Positions 9,709-19,959 of a stretch of 64,000 bases of DNA are shown here, in pieces. The notes under the pieces were generated by a model. The model saw only the letters and a program-made list of their open reading frames with translations. It searched no databases and was not told the DNA's origin. How positions within the stretch are numbered: position 1 is the stretch's first letter; each line of letters starts with the position of its first letter. A program made the position numbers and the translations under genes. Source of the DNA: Vulcanimicrobiota bacterium (GTDB lineage Bacteria; Vulcanimicrobiota; Vulcanimicrobiia; Vulcanimicrobiales; Vulcanimicrobiaceae); assembly GCA_963695225.1 (NCBI GenBank), contig OY968762.1, forward strand, positions 1,984,001 to 2,048,000. Reading direction: 5' to 3'.

Positions 9709-10684
9709 GGGTGCCGGCCTCGACGAACGCGACGATCTCGTCCGGCGACGCCGTCGCCGTGCCGAGCTTCTCGACGACGGCGCCGGCGGCGTAGTTCGCG
9801 AGCTCGACGGCGAGCTTGACCGGCGCCTCCGCCGCGAGCGCGAGCGTCAACACCGCGATCACGGTGTCCCCCGCGCCGCTGACGTCGAAGACCGTGCGCG
9901 CGACGGAGGGGACGCGCAAGCTCTCGCCGTCGCGGCCGAAGAGCGCCATGCCGCGATCCCCGCGCGTGATGAGCACGTAGCGGCAGGCCAGCCGCTCGAG
10001 CAGCATCGCCCCGGCGCGATCGAGCGAGGCGTCGTCGACGATCGAGATGCCCGTCGCCTGCGCCGCCTCGTGGACGTTCGGCGCGACGCACGTCACGCCG
10101 GCGAACATCGCGAGATTCGCGGGCTTCGGATCGGCGGTGACGATGCCGCACGCGAGCGCGGCTTCGACGAGCGGCGCCGAGAAGAGCCCCTTCGCATAAT
10201 CGCTGAGCACGACGGCGTCGCACTCCTTCGCGAGGGCCGCCGTCGCCGAGCGAAGCCGTTCGCGATCGCTCGAGGCGAGCGGCGCCGACGATTCCCAATC
10301 CGCCCGGACGACCTGCTGGTTTTGCGCGACGATGCGCGTCTTGCGCGTCGTCGGCCGGTCGCCGAGCGTCAGGAGCGCGCCGCGATCGACCTGGATCGCA
10401 TCGAACATCGCGGCGACGCGCCGGCCCTCGGCGTCGTCCCCGACCGTCCCGGCGAAGGCGACGCGCGCGCCGATCGCCCGCAGGTTGTTCGCGACGTTCC
10501 CCGCGCCGCCCAGCGTGAACGAATGATCGCTCACCGCGACGACCGGGACCGGAGCCTCCGGCGAGATGCGCGAAACGCGCCCCCAGACCCACTCGTCGAC
10601 CATCACGTCGCCGACGACGAGGACGCGCTTGGCCCGCATCCGTTCGAACAGCGCGCGCAGGGAGGGCGCGGCCAGCTCAGGCAT
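9701..10684 (-). CDS. hldA: D-glycero-beta-D-manno-heptose-7-phosphate kinase (RfaE domain I)
   Basis: VGDVMVD, RISPEAPVPV, GGAGNVA, SDYAKG, DVSGAGDT. Confidence 0.94.
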   Translation of the reverse strand: MPELAAPSLRALFERMRAKRVLVVGDVMVDEWVWGRVSRISPEAPVPVVAVSDHSFTLGGAGNVANNLRAIGARVAFAGTVGDDAEGRRVAAMFDAIQVDRGALLTLGDRPTTRKTRIVAQNQQVVRADWESSAPLASSDRERLRSATAALAKECDAVVLSDYAKGLFSAPLVEAALACGIVTADPKPANLAMFAGVTCVAPNVHEAAQATGISIVDDASLDRAGAMLLERLACRYVLITRGDRGMALFGRDGESLRVPSVARTVFDVSGAGDTVIAVLTLALAAEAPVKLAVELANYAAGAVVEKLGTATASPDEIVAFVEAGTRG

Positions 10685-11198
10685 GGACCGTCTCCAAGTA
10701 CCAGCGCACGCCCTCGAGCAGCGACTTCGCGCGCCACAAGGGCGGCGGCCCGGCGTAGTTCGGCAGCTCGTTCACGAGCACGCCCGGGATGCCCACGTTG
10801 ACCGCGAGCTGCATGTCGCTGCCGCGGTCGCCGAAGACGACGCTGCGCGCGCGATCGATCGGGAGATCCTCGAGCGCGCGTTGCACGAGCCCCGTCTGCG
10901 GTTTGCGGCAACGGCAATCCTCGAGGTGGGAACAGTAGTAGAACGCATCGAGCGAAATGCCGTCCGCCTCGAGGCGCCGCGCCAGCTCGGCGTTGACCCG
11001 CTCCACGTCGGATTCGCCGAAGTACCCGCGCGCGACGCCGGACTGATTCGTGATCACGACGCACAGAAAGCCCGCGTCGCCGAGCAGCCGCAACGCTTGC
11101 GGGACGCCGGGCAGCACTTCGATCCGCCGCGGATCGCCGATGAAGCCCGAGTCGAGCATCAGCGTGCCGTCGCGATCGAGGAACGCGGCCGGCTTCAT
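10677..11198 (-). CDS. gmhB: D-glycero-D-manno-heptose 1,7-bisphosphate phosphatase
   Basis: FLDRDGT, TNQSGVARG, CSH..CRCRKP, GDRGSD HAD motifs. Confidence 0.92.
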   Translation of the reverse strand: MKPAAFLDRDGTLMLDSGFIGDPRRIEVLPGVPQALRLLGDAGFLCVVITNQSGVARGYFGESDVERVNAELARRLEADGISLDAFYYCSHLEDCRCRKPQTGLVQRALEDLPIDRARSVVFGDRGSDMQLAVNVGIPGVLVNELPNYAGPPPLWRAKSLLEGVRWYLETVHA

Positions 11199-11223
11199 CG
11201 CGTGCGCGGCCCCCGCCCGGCGC

Positions 11224-11793
11224 TCACGAGGCGAACGCCTGGTCGACGAGGTCGCAAATGATGTGCCCGAGCGTGATGTGCACCTCTTGGACGAGCGCCG
11301 AGGTTCCGTCGGGGCCGACCAACGCGATGTCCGCGATCTCGAGAACGGCGCCGCCGCCGTTTCCGGTGAACGCGATCGTCGTCGCGCCCAGCCGCTTGGC
11401 TTCATCGAGTCCGATCACGACGTTGCGCGAGTTCCCGCTCGTGGTGAGCCCGACGACGACGTCGCCCGGTTGCACGAACGCTTCGATCTGTCGCGCGAAG
11501 ACCGCTTCGTACCCGTAATCGTTCGCGATCGCGGTGACGGCCGACGAGTTCGTCGAAAGCGCCTCGGAAGGGAGCGCCCGCCGCTCGCGCAGGAAGCGGC
11601 CGCTGAATTCGGCGGCGAGATGCTGCGCGTCCGCGGCGCTTCCGCCGTTTCCCATCCAAAAGACCTTGCGCCCCGCGCTGAACGCCGCGATCAGCGTGCG
11701 CGCGATGCGCTCGCAAACGGCTTCGTAGCGCTCCGCATCGAGCAGGCCGCGGCGATCGTCGAGCAATTGGCGGAACGTGCGCTTCGAGTTCAC
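11224..11793 (-). CDS. gmhA: Phosphoheptose isomerase
   Basis: GNGGSAADAQH, NDYGY, TTSGNS, QEVH; GTG start 11793. Confidence 0.94.
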   Translation of the reverse strand: MNSKRTFRQLLDDRRGLLDAERYEAVCERIARTLIAAFSAGRKVFWMGNGGSAADAQHLAAEFSGRFLRERRALPSEALSTNSSAVTAIANDYGYEAVFARQIEAFVQPGDVVVGLTTSGNSRNVVIGLDEAKRLGATTIAFTGNGGGAVLEIADIALVGPDGTSALVQEVHITLGHIICDLVDQAFAS

Positions 11794-12242
11794 GGTTCGA
11801 TCCAAAACATCTCTTCCCCGAGCGTCACGAGCGCGCCGTTCTCGGGGAGGATCCGGCGCACGATGCCCGCGTGATCGCTCGTGATCTCGTTCATCAGCTT
11901 CATCGCTTCGAGGATGCAGAGGACTTGCCCGACCTCGACGCGCTGCCCCACTTCGACGAACGGCTCGGCGCCCGGCGATTGCGAGCGATAGAACACGCCG
12001 ATGATTGGAGCCGAGATCTTCTTGAAATGCGCGGCCGCGACGGCCCCGCCCCCCGCCAGCGGGCTCGGCGCCGTCGCGGGGGCTTCGGCCGGCCCCGCCG
12101 CCACCGCCTGTCCAGCCGCGAGCGCGGGCTCGCACCGTACGAGCTCGTATTCGGTCTCTCCGACGCGCACGCTGAGCGCTTCGAGATCGTGCTCGCGCAT
12201 GATCTCGAGCAATTCCGCGATCCGCGTGGACTCGTGACTCAT
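11790..12242 (-). CDS. accB: Acetyl-CoA carboxylase biotin carboxyl carrier protein
   Basis: EAMKLMNEI biotinylation motif, Ala/Pro linker, APIIGVFY. Confidence 0.95.
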   Translation of the reverse strand: MSHESTRIAELLEIMREHDLEALSVRVGETEYELVRCEPALAAGQAVAAGPAEAPATAPSPLAGGGAVAAAHFKKISAPIIGVFYRSQSPGAEPFVEVGQRVEVGQVLCILEAMKLMNEITSDHAGIVRRILPENGALVTLGEEMFWIEP

Positions 12243-13555
12243 ACCGCCTCCAAGGTGGCGCCGCCGCCCGGCGGCAAGGCTCGATACCAGTCGAGCAACG
12301 CGTCGGCATCGCGCGCCGCGTCGCGCGTCAAGGGACGATCGCTCTGCGAGCGCGTGACGAGATCCCGCACGCCGACGACGCCGCGGGCAAGCTCGTCGTC
12401 TCCAGCGATCAGCGCGATCCGCGCCCCGGCGCGGTCCGCGCGTTTGAATTGCGTCTGGATTTTTCCGGCGGCGAAATCGCTCGTCACCGCAAGCGTCCCG
12501 CTGCGCCTGCGCAGCTCGGCCAGGAGCGGGAACAGCGCCGCGCGCGCGGCGGCGCCGAGCGCGACGACCGCGATCCCTTCGCGGGGCGGCGGCGCCGGTT
12601 CGAGCGTCTTCTCGACGATCATCAGGAAGCGCTCGAGCCCGAGACCGAACCCGACGCCCGGCGTCGGAGGCCCCCCGAGCGAAGCGACGAGCCCGTCGTA
12701 CCGGCCGCCGCCGCAGACGGTGCTCTGCGCGCCGAGCGCGCTCGAGATGAACTCGAAGACGGTCCGGGTGTAGTAATCGAGTCCGCGCACGAGCTTTCGG
12801 TCGATCTCGTACCGGATGCCGACGGCGTCGAGGAGCGCGCGAACCTGCTCGAAGTGCGCTTGGCACTCGGCGCAGAGATGGTCGCCGAGCGTCGGGGCGG
12901 CCTCGACGAACGGCCGGTCCTCGGGCGCCTTGCTGTCGAGGATCCGCTCGGGATTGCGCTCCAAGCGGCGCTGCGAATCCGCCGAGAGCGCGTCGCGGTG
13001 GCGGCGGAAGTGTTCGAGCAGCGCGAGGCGGTAGGCCGGGCGGCAGCGCTCGTCGCCGAGCGTGTTGAGGTGCAGCACCGCGTCGCCGATGCCGTACGAG
13101 CGCACGAGTTCGTGCGCCATCTGGATCACTTCTACGTCCGCTTCCGGCTGGGCGTAGCCGAAGCACTCGACGCCGAACTGGTGCGCCTGACGGTAGCGCC
13201 CCGCCTGGGGACGTTCGTAGCGGAAGATCGGGCCGATGTAGTAGAGCCGCTGCGGGCCCTCGGCGAACAGATGGTGCTCGAGGAGCGCCCGCACGACGGG
13301 CGCCGTCCACTCCGGCCGGAGCGTCATCTGGCGGCCGCCCTTGTCGGTGAACGTGTACATCTCTTTTTCTACGATGTCCGTCGTTTCGCCGACGCCGCGC
13401 ACGAAGAGTTCGGTCGCTTCGAACATCGGCGTGCGGATCTCGCCGTAGCCGAAACGGCCGGAAATCTCGCGAATCCGGGCCTCCAGCGCCCGCCACCGCA
13501 CGCTGTTCGCGGGCAACAGGTCGACGGTGCCGCGCGGGGCGGTCAAGCTAGTCAT
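12239..13555 (-). CDS. hisS: Histidyl-tRNA synthetase
   Basis: PRGT, KEMY, LRPEWTA, FRYERPQAGRYRQ, LVRGLDYY, GGGRYD. Confidence 0.98.
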   Translation of the reverse strand: MTSLTAPRGTVDLLPANSVRWRALEARIREISGRFGYGEIRTPMFEATELFVRGVGETTDIVEKEMYTFTDKGGRQMTLRPEWTAPVVRALLEHHLFAEGPQRLYYIGPIFRYERPQAGRYRQAHQFGVECFGYAQPEADVEVIQMAHELVRSYGIGDAVLHLNTLGDERCRPAYRLALLEHFRRHRDALSADSQRRLERNPERILDSKAPEDRPFVEAAPTLGDHLCAECQAHFEQVRALLDAVGIRYEIDRKLVRGLDYYTRTVFEFISSALGAQSTVCGGGRYDGLVASLGGPPTPGVGFGLGLERFLMIVEKTLEPAPPPREGIAVVALGAAARAALFPLLAELRRRSGTLAVTSDFAAGKIQTQFKRADRAGARIALIAGDDELARGVVGVRDLVTRSQSDRPLTRDAARDADALLDWYRALPPGGGATLEAV

Positions 13556-13640
13556 CGGGTCCTTCTTTGGCAGCCGCAGTGCAAAATGCCTCGACGTCCG
13601 CGCGGAGACGGCGTGCGCCGCCGAGCCCGGCTGCCGGCTT

Positions 13641-13928
13641 CTATTCCGGGGCCAGCGTGACGGCGCGGGACGAAGCGCCGGGAGCCGCTCGGTAGAGCAT
13701 GCAGCGTGCGTCGTGCGGCGCTACGAACGGTACCGCGTGCCCTGCGGAGCAGCGCGTCGAGAGTTGCAGCGCGGGCGGCGCCGCCGTCACGCGGACGGGC
13801 TCGCCGTCGGGGCCGACGACGTGCGACATCGAGAACGCGTGCGAAACGGAGGCGGGAATCGCGGTCTCCCCGCAGGTTCCGCAGGTCAGGTCGGTCAGGT
13901 GTTCGACGTAGAGAAAACGGCCATCCAT
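13641..13928 (-). CDS. Small hypothetical protein, possibly metal-binding (CxxC ... CxxxH)
   Basis: 95-aa ORF co-oriented with neighbours, fills the purH-hisS gap; TCGTC and RCSAGH. Confidence 0.5.
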   Translation of the reverse strand: MDGRFLYVEHLTDLTCGTCGETAIPASVSHAFSMSHVVGPDGEPVRVTAAPPALQLSTRCSAGHAVPFVAPHDARCMLYRAAPGASSRAVTLAPE

Positions 13929-14010
13929 CGCCCGGTCGTTACGCCGTGGGGACGGCGCCTCCATCTTCACGCACCCCCGGCGAGAGGAATTGCCGGCCGA
14001 TCCCCGCCCC

Positions 14011-15579
14011 CTAGTGCAGGAAATACCTGTAGGTCGAGAAGACGAGCGCGATCCCTGCGGCATCCGCAGCCGCGATCACCTCGGCGTCGCGGATCGAGCC
14101 GCTCGGCGCGATGACGGCGGTGGCGCCCGCCTCGGCCGCCGCGATCAGGCCGTCGGGGAACGGGAAGAATCCGTCGCTCGCGCAGGAGCCTCCGAGCGCG
14201 AACTCGCCCGCCCGCTCGCCCGCGATGCGCACGGCGCTGACGCGGTTCGTTTGCCCCGCGCACACGCCGCGCGTCACCCCGTCTCGCGCGATCACGACGC
14301 CGTTGCTCTTGACGTGCCGCACGACGTCCCAAGCGAACGCGAGATCGCGCCATTCCGCTTCGCTCGGGCGGCGCTGCGAAACGACGGTCCAGCGTTCCGG
14401 CGGCGCCGAGGGCTCGTCGTCTTCCGCGAGGACGCCGCCGAGGGCGCTGCGCACGCGCAACTCGGCGGCGAGTCGAGCGGGGAGCTCGGGCCGGTAGCGG
14501 ATCAGGCGCAGGTTCTTCTTGCGCTGCAGCAGCGCGAGGGCTTCGGCATCGAACGCCGGAGCGGCGACGATCTCGAGGAAGAACGTCGCGAGCGCACGCG
14601 CGCTCTCGAGATCGATCGTGGCGTCGACCGCGATGATCCCGCCGAAAGCGGAGACGGGATCGGCCTCGAGCGCGGCCCGGATCGCCTCCGCGGCACTCGG
14701 ACGCTCCGCAACGCCGCACGGCACGGTATGCTTGACGATTGCGGCACGCACGAACGGCGGCTGCGCGGGGACGTCGGGCGAGCCGAGCGGGGCGCGGACC
14801 AAGAGGCGCAACGTCGCGTCGAGGTCGAGGAGATTGTTGTAGGAGAGCGCCTTGCCGTGCAATTGCTCGGGGAGCTGCTCCGTGCGCGCGAGGTAGAACG
14901 CGGCGCGCGACTGCGGGTTTTCGCCGTACCGCAGCGGCTGCGCGAGCGGAAGCGTGAGCGCGAGGGAGCCCGGCAACTCGCTCGCGACGAACCCGGCTTC
15001 GAGATAGCGGGCGATCGACGCGTCGTATTCCGCGGTCCGTTCGAACGCGCGCGTGGCCAGACGCCGGCGCAGCGCGACGTCTTGGCCGCCGGTCAGCGAC
15101 GCGGCGACCGTCGGGTAATCCGCCGGGTCGACGACGACGCCGACGTGCGCGAAGTTCTTCGCGGCGGCGCGGATCAGCGAGACTCCGCCGATATCGATTT
15201 GCTCGATCGCCTCCGCCAGCGTCGCCCCGGGCTTCGCGACGGTCGCTTCGAACGGGTAGAGGTTCACGACGACCCAGTCGATGCGCGGCACGTCGTGCTC
15301 CGCGGCTTCGCTGAGGTGCGCGCCGTTCTCGCGATCGAACAGGATCCCCCCGAAGACGAGCGGATGGAGCGTCTTGACGCGTCCGCCGAAAAGGCTCGGG
15401 AAACCGGTCAGCTCGCCGACGTCGCGCGAGGGGATGCCGTGCGCCGCGAGGTGCGCGCGCGTCCCTCCCGTCGCGAACAGCTCGATGTGCGCCGCCGCCA
15501 GAGCGCGCGCCAAGTCGACGACGCCGGTCCGGTCCGAAACCGAGAGCAACGCGGCCGGGCGGGAATGGTTAGCTTGCAA
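14011..15579 (-). CDS. purH: Bifunctional AICAR formyltransferase/IMP cyclohydrolase
   Basis: LLSVSD, GRVKTLHP, IDIGG, LRYGENP, LSYNN, SDGFFPF. Confidence 0.97.
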   Translation of the reverse strand: MQANHSRPAALLSVSDRTGVVDLARALAAAHIELFATGGTRAHLAAHGIPSRDVGELTGFPSLFGGRVKTLHPLVFGGILFDRENGAHLSEAAEHDVPRIDWVVVNLYPFEATVAKPGATLAEAIEQIDIGGVSLIRAAAKNFAHVGVVVDPADYPTVAASLTGGQDVALRRRLATRAFERTAEYDASIARYLEAGFVASELPGSLALTLPLAQPLRYGENPQSRAAFYLARTEQLPEQLHGKALSYNNLLDLDATLRLLVRAPLGSPDVPAQPPFVRAAIVKHTVPCGVAERPSAAEAIRAALEADPVSAFGGIIAVDATIDLESARALATFFLEIVAAPAFDAEALALLQRKKNLRLIRYRPELPARLAAELRVRSALGGVLAEDDEPSAPPERWTVVSQRRPSEAEWRDLAFAWDVVRHVKSNGVVIARDGVTRGVCAGQTNRVSAVRIAGERAGEFALGGSCASDGFFPFPDGLIAAAEAGATAVIAPSGSIRDAEVIAAADAAGIALVFSTYRYFLH

Positions 15580-18500
15580 GCACCGGTTCCTCCGAGGTCG
15601 TTTCGATCGGCGCCAGATCCGCCGAGATCACACTCGATATTCCCGGTTCCGCCATCGTGACGCCGTACATGCGCTGCGCCAGCTCCATCGTCTTCTTATT
15701 GTGGGTGACGAGCAGCAATTGGGCGGCGCTCGCAACTTCGCGCACGATCGCGGAGAAGCGCTCGACGTTCGCGTCGTCGAGCGCCGCATCGACTTCGTCC
15801 AGCAAATAGAACGGCGACGGCTTCACCTTGATGAGCGCGAAGATCAACGCGGCCGCCGTCATCGCGCGCTCGCCGCCCGAGAGCGCGGCGAGGTAGGCCA
15901 TCTTCTTTCCCGGCGGCTGCACGGAGATCTCGATCCCGGTCTCGGCGAGGTCCGTGGGATTCGTCTGCCACATCTTCGCCTCGCCGCCGGGAAATAGGCG
16001 CGGGAACATCTTCTCGAACTCCGTCTGCACGGAGGAGAAGACCGCGTTGAACTGTTCCTGCGAGGTGGACTCGATCTCTTTGATGCTCGCGAGCAGCGTT
16101 TCGCGCGCGCGGGCGAGATCGTCGAGCTGTTCGCGCAGGAAACGCTCGCGTTCGACGAGCTCCTCGATCTCCGCCTCCGCGTTCAAGTTGACGTTCTGCA
16201 AGCGCCCGAGGTCCTCGCGCAAGCGCGCGATCTCGGCCGCGAACTCCCCGTCGTCGCGCGCGTACCGCGCCTCGACCTCGGCGCACTCGTCGGCGGTTGC
16301 CGGATTCTGCGCGAACTGCGCGGCGAGCATCCCGAGCTCCGCGTCGATCTCGGCCAGACGCAGGCGCGCGGATTCGCTCGCGCCGGCGCTCTCCCGTTCG
16401 GCGCTCCGGGCCAGGCGAAGTTGCGCGTCGAGCTCGGCGGCGCGCGCCGTCATCGCGTCGCGTTCGCGCTTCCCGGCCTCACCCGCGCTCGCGCTCTCGG
16501 CGACGAGGCGCCGGGCGTCCTCGAGCGCGCGCTCCGTCGCCGCGATCTGCTCCCCGATCGAGCCGAGCTCCGCGGTCATCGCATCCCGCGCGGCCGTGGC
16601 CCGCGCCCGGTCGGCATCGAGCATTTCCAGGCGCGAACGGGCTGCGTCCCCCTGGGCGACGAGCGCCGCGAGCGCCTCCCGCCGGGCGCCGATTCGCGCG
16701 GCGAGGCCGCGCTCCGCATCCTGCGCGCGTGCGATCCCCTCGCGCGCAGCAGCGAGCTCCGATTCGAGCCGCTCGCGATCGACGACTGCGCCCGCGGGAT
16801 CGGCGGCGGGGCGCTCGAGCGCCCCCAATTTGTCTCTCGCGACGGCGACTTCGGCGCTCCGCGCGGTCGCGCGGGCCAGCGTCTGCGCGACTTCCGCTTC
16901 GATGCGCGCGTGCTCCGCGACGAGGCCCGCGTGCTTGGAGCCGGCGTCGCGCAGCGCGATCGCCAGCTCGCCCGCGACGCGCCTGCGCTCGTCGCGTTCG
17001 CGCAACGCCGCTGCGTTCGCATCGGCGGCCGAGAGCGCCGCGCTCTCCGCCCGCGCGTGCGCCTCTCGAAGCTTCGGGAGCTGCTCGCGCAGGGTTTCGA
17101 GTTGGGCCCGGCGCGAGAGGATCGAGCGTTCGCGGCGGTAGCGGCCGCCGGTCATCGCTCCGCCGCCGGAGATCTGGTCGCCCTCGAGCGTGACGATCGT
17201 GTCGCGGAACGGCTCGCTTCCGTCGCGGGGGCGAACGAGGCGAATGCCGACGTCGAGATGGTCGACGACGAGGATTCGGCCGACGAGGAACGCGACGATC
17301 CCGGCGAATTGCGGCTGCGTTTCGACGAGCGCGTGCGCGAAACCGATCACGCCCGCAACGCGCGGCGCGCTTCGCGGATCCCGCCCCGTCCGGCTCCCGA
17401 GCGTGTCGAGCGGCAGGAACGTCGCGCGGCCCAGTTCGTTCGCGCGCAGATACTCGATTGCGCGTTGCGCGTGCTCCGCCGTCTCGGTGACGATATTCGA
17501 AAGCCCGGCGCCGAACGCGGCGTCGAGCGCACGCGCGTAGCGCTCGTCGACCCGGATCAGGTTGGAAACGACGCCGTAGATGCCGTCGAGCCCGCCGCGC
17601 CCCTGCGCTTCCAAAACCGCGCGCGTCCCGGGGATGTGCCCTTCGAGGTTCGCTTCGAGCTCCTCGAGCGTGTGCGAGCGCGCCTCGGCCCCGGCGAGCT
17701 CCGCCGCCGCCGCGCGCAACGCAGCCTGCGCTGCGGCGAGCGCCTCGGCGGCTTCGGCGCCGCGTTCGTCGGCGAGCCGCGCTGCCTCGTGCACGCCGTG
17801 CGCGCGCGCTTGCACGCGCGAAAGCTCCTCGCGAGCGCGCTCGACCTCGTGCGCCGTAGTCGCGGCCCGCTCGCTCTTGTGACGCGCTTCCTCGCGCAAG
17901 GCGTCCGTCTCGCGCTCGAGACGCTCGTACTCGGCCTGCGCCGCTTGCAGCTGCGCTCGCCGTTCCGCTTCGTTCGCGGCGACGGCGGCGGCGAGCGCCT
18001 CGACTTCGCGCAGCGCACCGAAGACGCGATCGAGCTCCGCGCGCGCGGCGGCGACTTCGCTCTGCGCGTCGCGCTCGAGTTCCCGTTCGCGTTCGAGCGC
18101 GAGTTGGAGCGGCTCGAGCTTCGCCTCGAGTTCGGCGATCGACCCTTCGAGGGCGGCGCGCTCGGCGATCGCGCGCTCGCGGTCGTCGGTGACGGCGGCC
18201 GATTGGTTCCCGATCGCATCGCGGCGCGCGACGAGCGCCGCCTGTTGCGCCTCCAGCTCCGCCAGCCGCGCGCGCGCGGCGTTGACGGCATCGCGCGCGT
18301 TCTCGAGCGCGAGCTCGTGCGCGTAGAGCGCGCCCCGCAGCCCCGCGAGCTCGGCGTCGAGCGCCGCAGCCCGGGCCGACGCGCCCGTCCGTTCGGCTTC
18401 CAGCCGGTCGAGGCCGGCCTGCAGCGCGTCGCGTTCCGCGCGCCGCGACGAACTCGCCCTTAGGTAGGATAGGATCTCGAGATCGCGCAGCCGGGCCGTC

Positions 18501-19156
18501 GCCCTTCGGAAGCGCTTCGCACGCCGCGCTTGCGTTTCGAGTTCCGGGATGCGCGCCGCGATCTCGGTCAGCACGTCGTTGACGCGAATCGCATTCTGTT
18601 CGGTTTGCTCGAGGCGCCGCAACGATTCGTTCTTGCGCGCCAGGAAGCGATTGATGCCCGCGGCCTCGTCGAAGAGCGAGCGCCGCTCTGCGGGCTTGGC
18701 CGAGAGGATCGCGTCGATCTGCCCTTGCGAGACGATCGCATACGAACCCGGACCGAGACCCGTCCCCATCAGCAGCTCGACGACGTCGCGCAAGCGCACT
18801 TGCCGGCGGTTGATGTAATACTCGCCGCTCTCGCCCGCCCGATACGCGCGCCGCGTGATCTGAACCTCGGCGGCGTCGATCTTCAAGAGGCCCGCGTCGT
18901 TCTCGAACGTCAGCTCGACTTCCGCCATGCCGAGCGGCTTGCGCCGCTCGTTCCCGGCGAAGATCACGTCCTCGGTCTTCGTCGACCGAAGGCTCTTCGA
19001 GCTCTGCTCGCCGAGAACCCAACGGATCGCATCGACGAGGTTCGACTTTCCCGAACCGTTCGGGCCGACGAGCGCCGTGATGCCCGGCTCGAATTGCAGC
19101 GTCGTCTGCTCGGCAAACGTCTTGAAGCCGAACAGCTTGAGCGACTTGAGTCTCAA
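15569..19156 (-). CDS. smc: Chromosome segregation protein SMC
   Basis: GPNGSGKSN Walker A, coiled coils, hinge GRATFLPL, LSGGE, LLDEVDAALD. Confidence 0.97.
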   Translation of the reverse strand: MRLKSLKLFGFKTFAEQTTLQFEPGITALVGPNGSGKSNLVDAIRWVLGEQSSKSLRSTKTEDVIFAGNERRKPLGMAEVELTFENDAGLLKIDAAEVQITRRAYRAGESGEYYINRRQVRLRDVVELLMGTGLGPGSYAIVSQGQIDAILSAKPAERRSLFDEAAGINRFLARKNESLRRLEQTEQNAIRVNDVLTEIAARIPELETQARRAKRFRRATARLRDLEILSYLRASSSRRAERDALQAGLDRLEAERTGASARAAALDAELAGLRGALYAHELALENARDAVNAARARLAELEAQQAALVARRDAIGNQSAAVTDDRERAIAERAALEGSIAELEAKLEPLQLALERERELERDAQSEVAAARAELDRVFGALREVEALAAAVAANEAERRAQLQAAQAEYERLERETDALREEARHKSERAATTAHEVERAREELSRVQARAHGVHEAARLADERGAEAAEALAAAQAALRAAAAELAGAEARSHTLEELEANLEGHIPGTRAVLEAQGRGGLDGIYGVVSNLIRVDERYARALDAAFGAGLSNIVTETAEHAQRAIEYLRANELGRATFLPLDTLGSRTGRDPRSAPRVAGVIGFAHALVETQPQFAGIVAFLVGRILVVDHLDVGIRLVRPRDGSEPFRDTIVTLEGDQISGGGAMTGGRYRRERSILSRRAQLETLREQLPKLREAHARAESAALSAADANAAALRERDERRRVAGELAIALRDAGSKHAGLVAEHARIEAEVAQTLARATARSAEVAVARDKLGALERPAADPAGAVVDRERLESELAAAREGIARAQDAERGLAARIGARREALAALVAQGDAARSRLEMLDADRARATAARDAMTAELGSIGEQIAATERALEDARRLVAESASAGEAGKRERDAMTARAAELDAQLRLARSAERESAGASESARLRLAEIDAELGMLAAQFAQNPATADECAEVEARYARDDGEFAAEIARLREDLGRLQNVNLNAEAEIEELVERERFLREQLDDLARARETLLASIKEIESTSQEQFNAVFSSVQTEFEKMFPRLFPGGEAKMWQTNPTDLAETGIEISVQPPGKKMAYLAALSGGERAMTAAALIFALIKVKPSPFYLLDEVDAALDDANVERFSAIVREVASAAQLLLVTHNKKTMELAQRMYGVTMAEPGISSVISADLAPIETTSEEPVLAS

Positions 19157-19959
19157 GGGCGTGCCGTCTTCGCGTTCGCGCGGGGTCGCCGGCGAGGCCC
19201 TTGCGCTCGCGCGGCGGCGGCCGGCTCGGGGCGGCTCATCGCCGCGAGGTCCGGTACGTCGTCGTGGGTCGCGCGCAGGCGTTCCAAAGCGCGGGCGGCG
19301 GCTGTGCGCTGCGCGATCTTCTTCGTCGAGCCCGCTCCCTCGGCCAGGACCTCCTTATCGACGACGACGTGCGCGACGAACGTACGCTCGTGCGGCGGGC
19401 CTTCCGCGCGCTCGCGATAGACCGGCGTCGTCGCGTAATGCTTCTGCGTCCACTCCTGCAGCACGGTCTTCGGATCGTTCCATGCGAGGCCGGCGGCGAC
19501 GTTGGGCTCGACGTGCTCGCGCACGACGAAGGCGCTCGTCTCCGCGGGGCCGACGAGGCCGTGGAGCGTCGCGACGAACGCTTCGAACGCATCGCCGAGC
19601 GAGGAGCGGCGGCGCGCCTCGGGGAGATTCGCCAGCCCCGCGCCGTACACGATCAACGAATCGAAGCCGAGCCGCTCCGCGGTGCGGGCGTTCGCTTCGT
19701 CGCTCACCAGCGCGGCTTTGCGCAACGCGAGTTCGCCTTCGCGCGCTTCGGGGAACGCATCGCATAGCCAACGCGCGACGATCATGCCCAAGATCGCGTC
19801 GCCCAAGAACTCCAGACGTTCGTTCGAGCGCTCCGCCGCGTTTTCGCGGACCGCGCTCTCGTGGACGAATGCCGGCTCGATTTGCGCCGGCTCGATTCCC
19901 TTGAGATCTAATCGCGACAGGAGCGCGCGCAAGCGCGCGCGGCGCTGCTCTCCCGCCAT
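19153..19959 (-). CDS. rnc: Ribonuclease III
   Basis: NERLEFLGDAIL signature; dsRBD DPKTVLQE. Confidence 0.96.
   Translation of the reverse strand: MAGEQRRARLRALLSRLDLKGIEPAQIEPAFVHESAVRENAAERSNERLEFLGDAILGMIVARWLCDAFPEAREGELALRKAALVSDEANARTAERLGFDSLIVYGAGLANLPEARRRSSLGDAFEAFVATLHGLVGPAETSAFVVREHVEPNVAAGLAWNDPKTVLQEWTQKHYATTPVYRERAEGPPHERTFVAHVVVDKEVLAEGAGSTKKIAQRTAAARALERLRATHDDVPDLAAMSRPEPAAAARAQGPRRRPRANAKTARP

Noticed and set aside
16421..19022. Long alternative ORFs (680 aa +, 847 aa -) overlapping smc
   Set aside because: Frame and antisense shadows caused by GC-rich codon bias.
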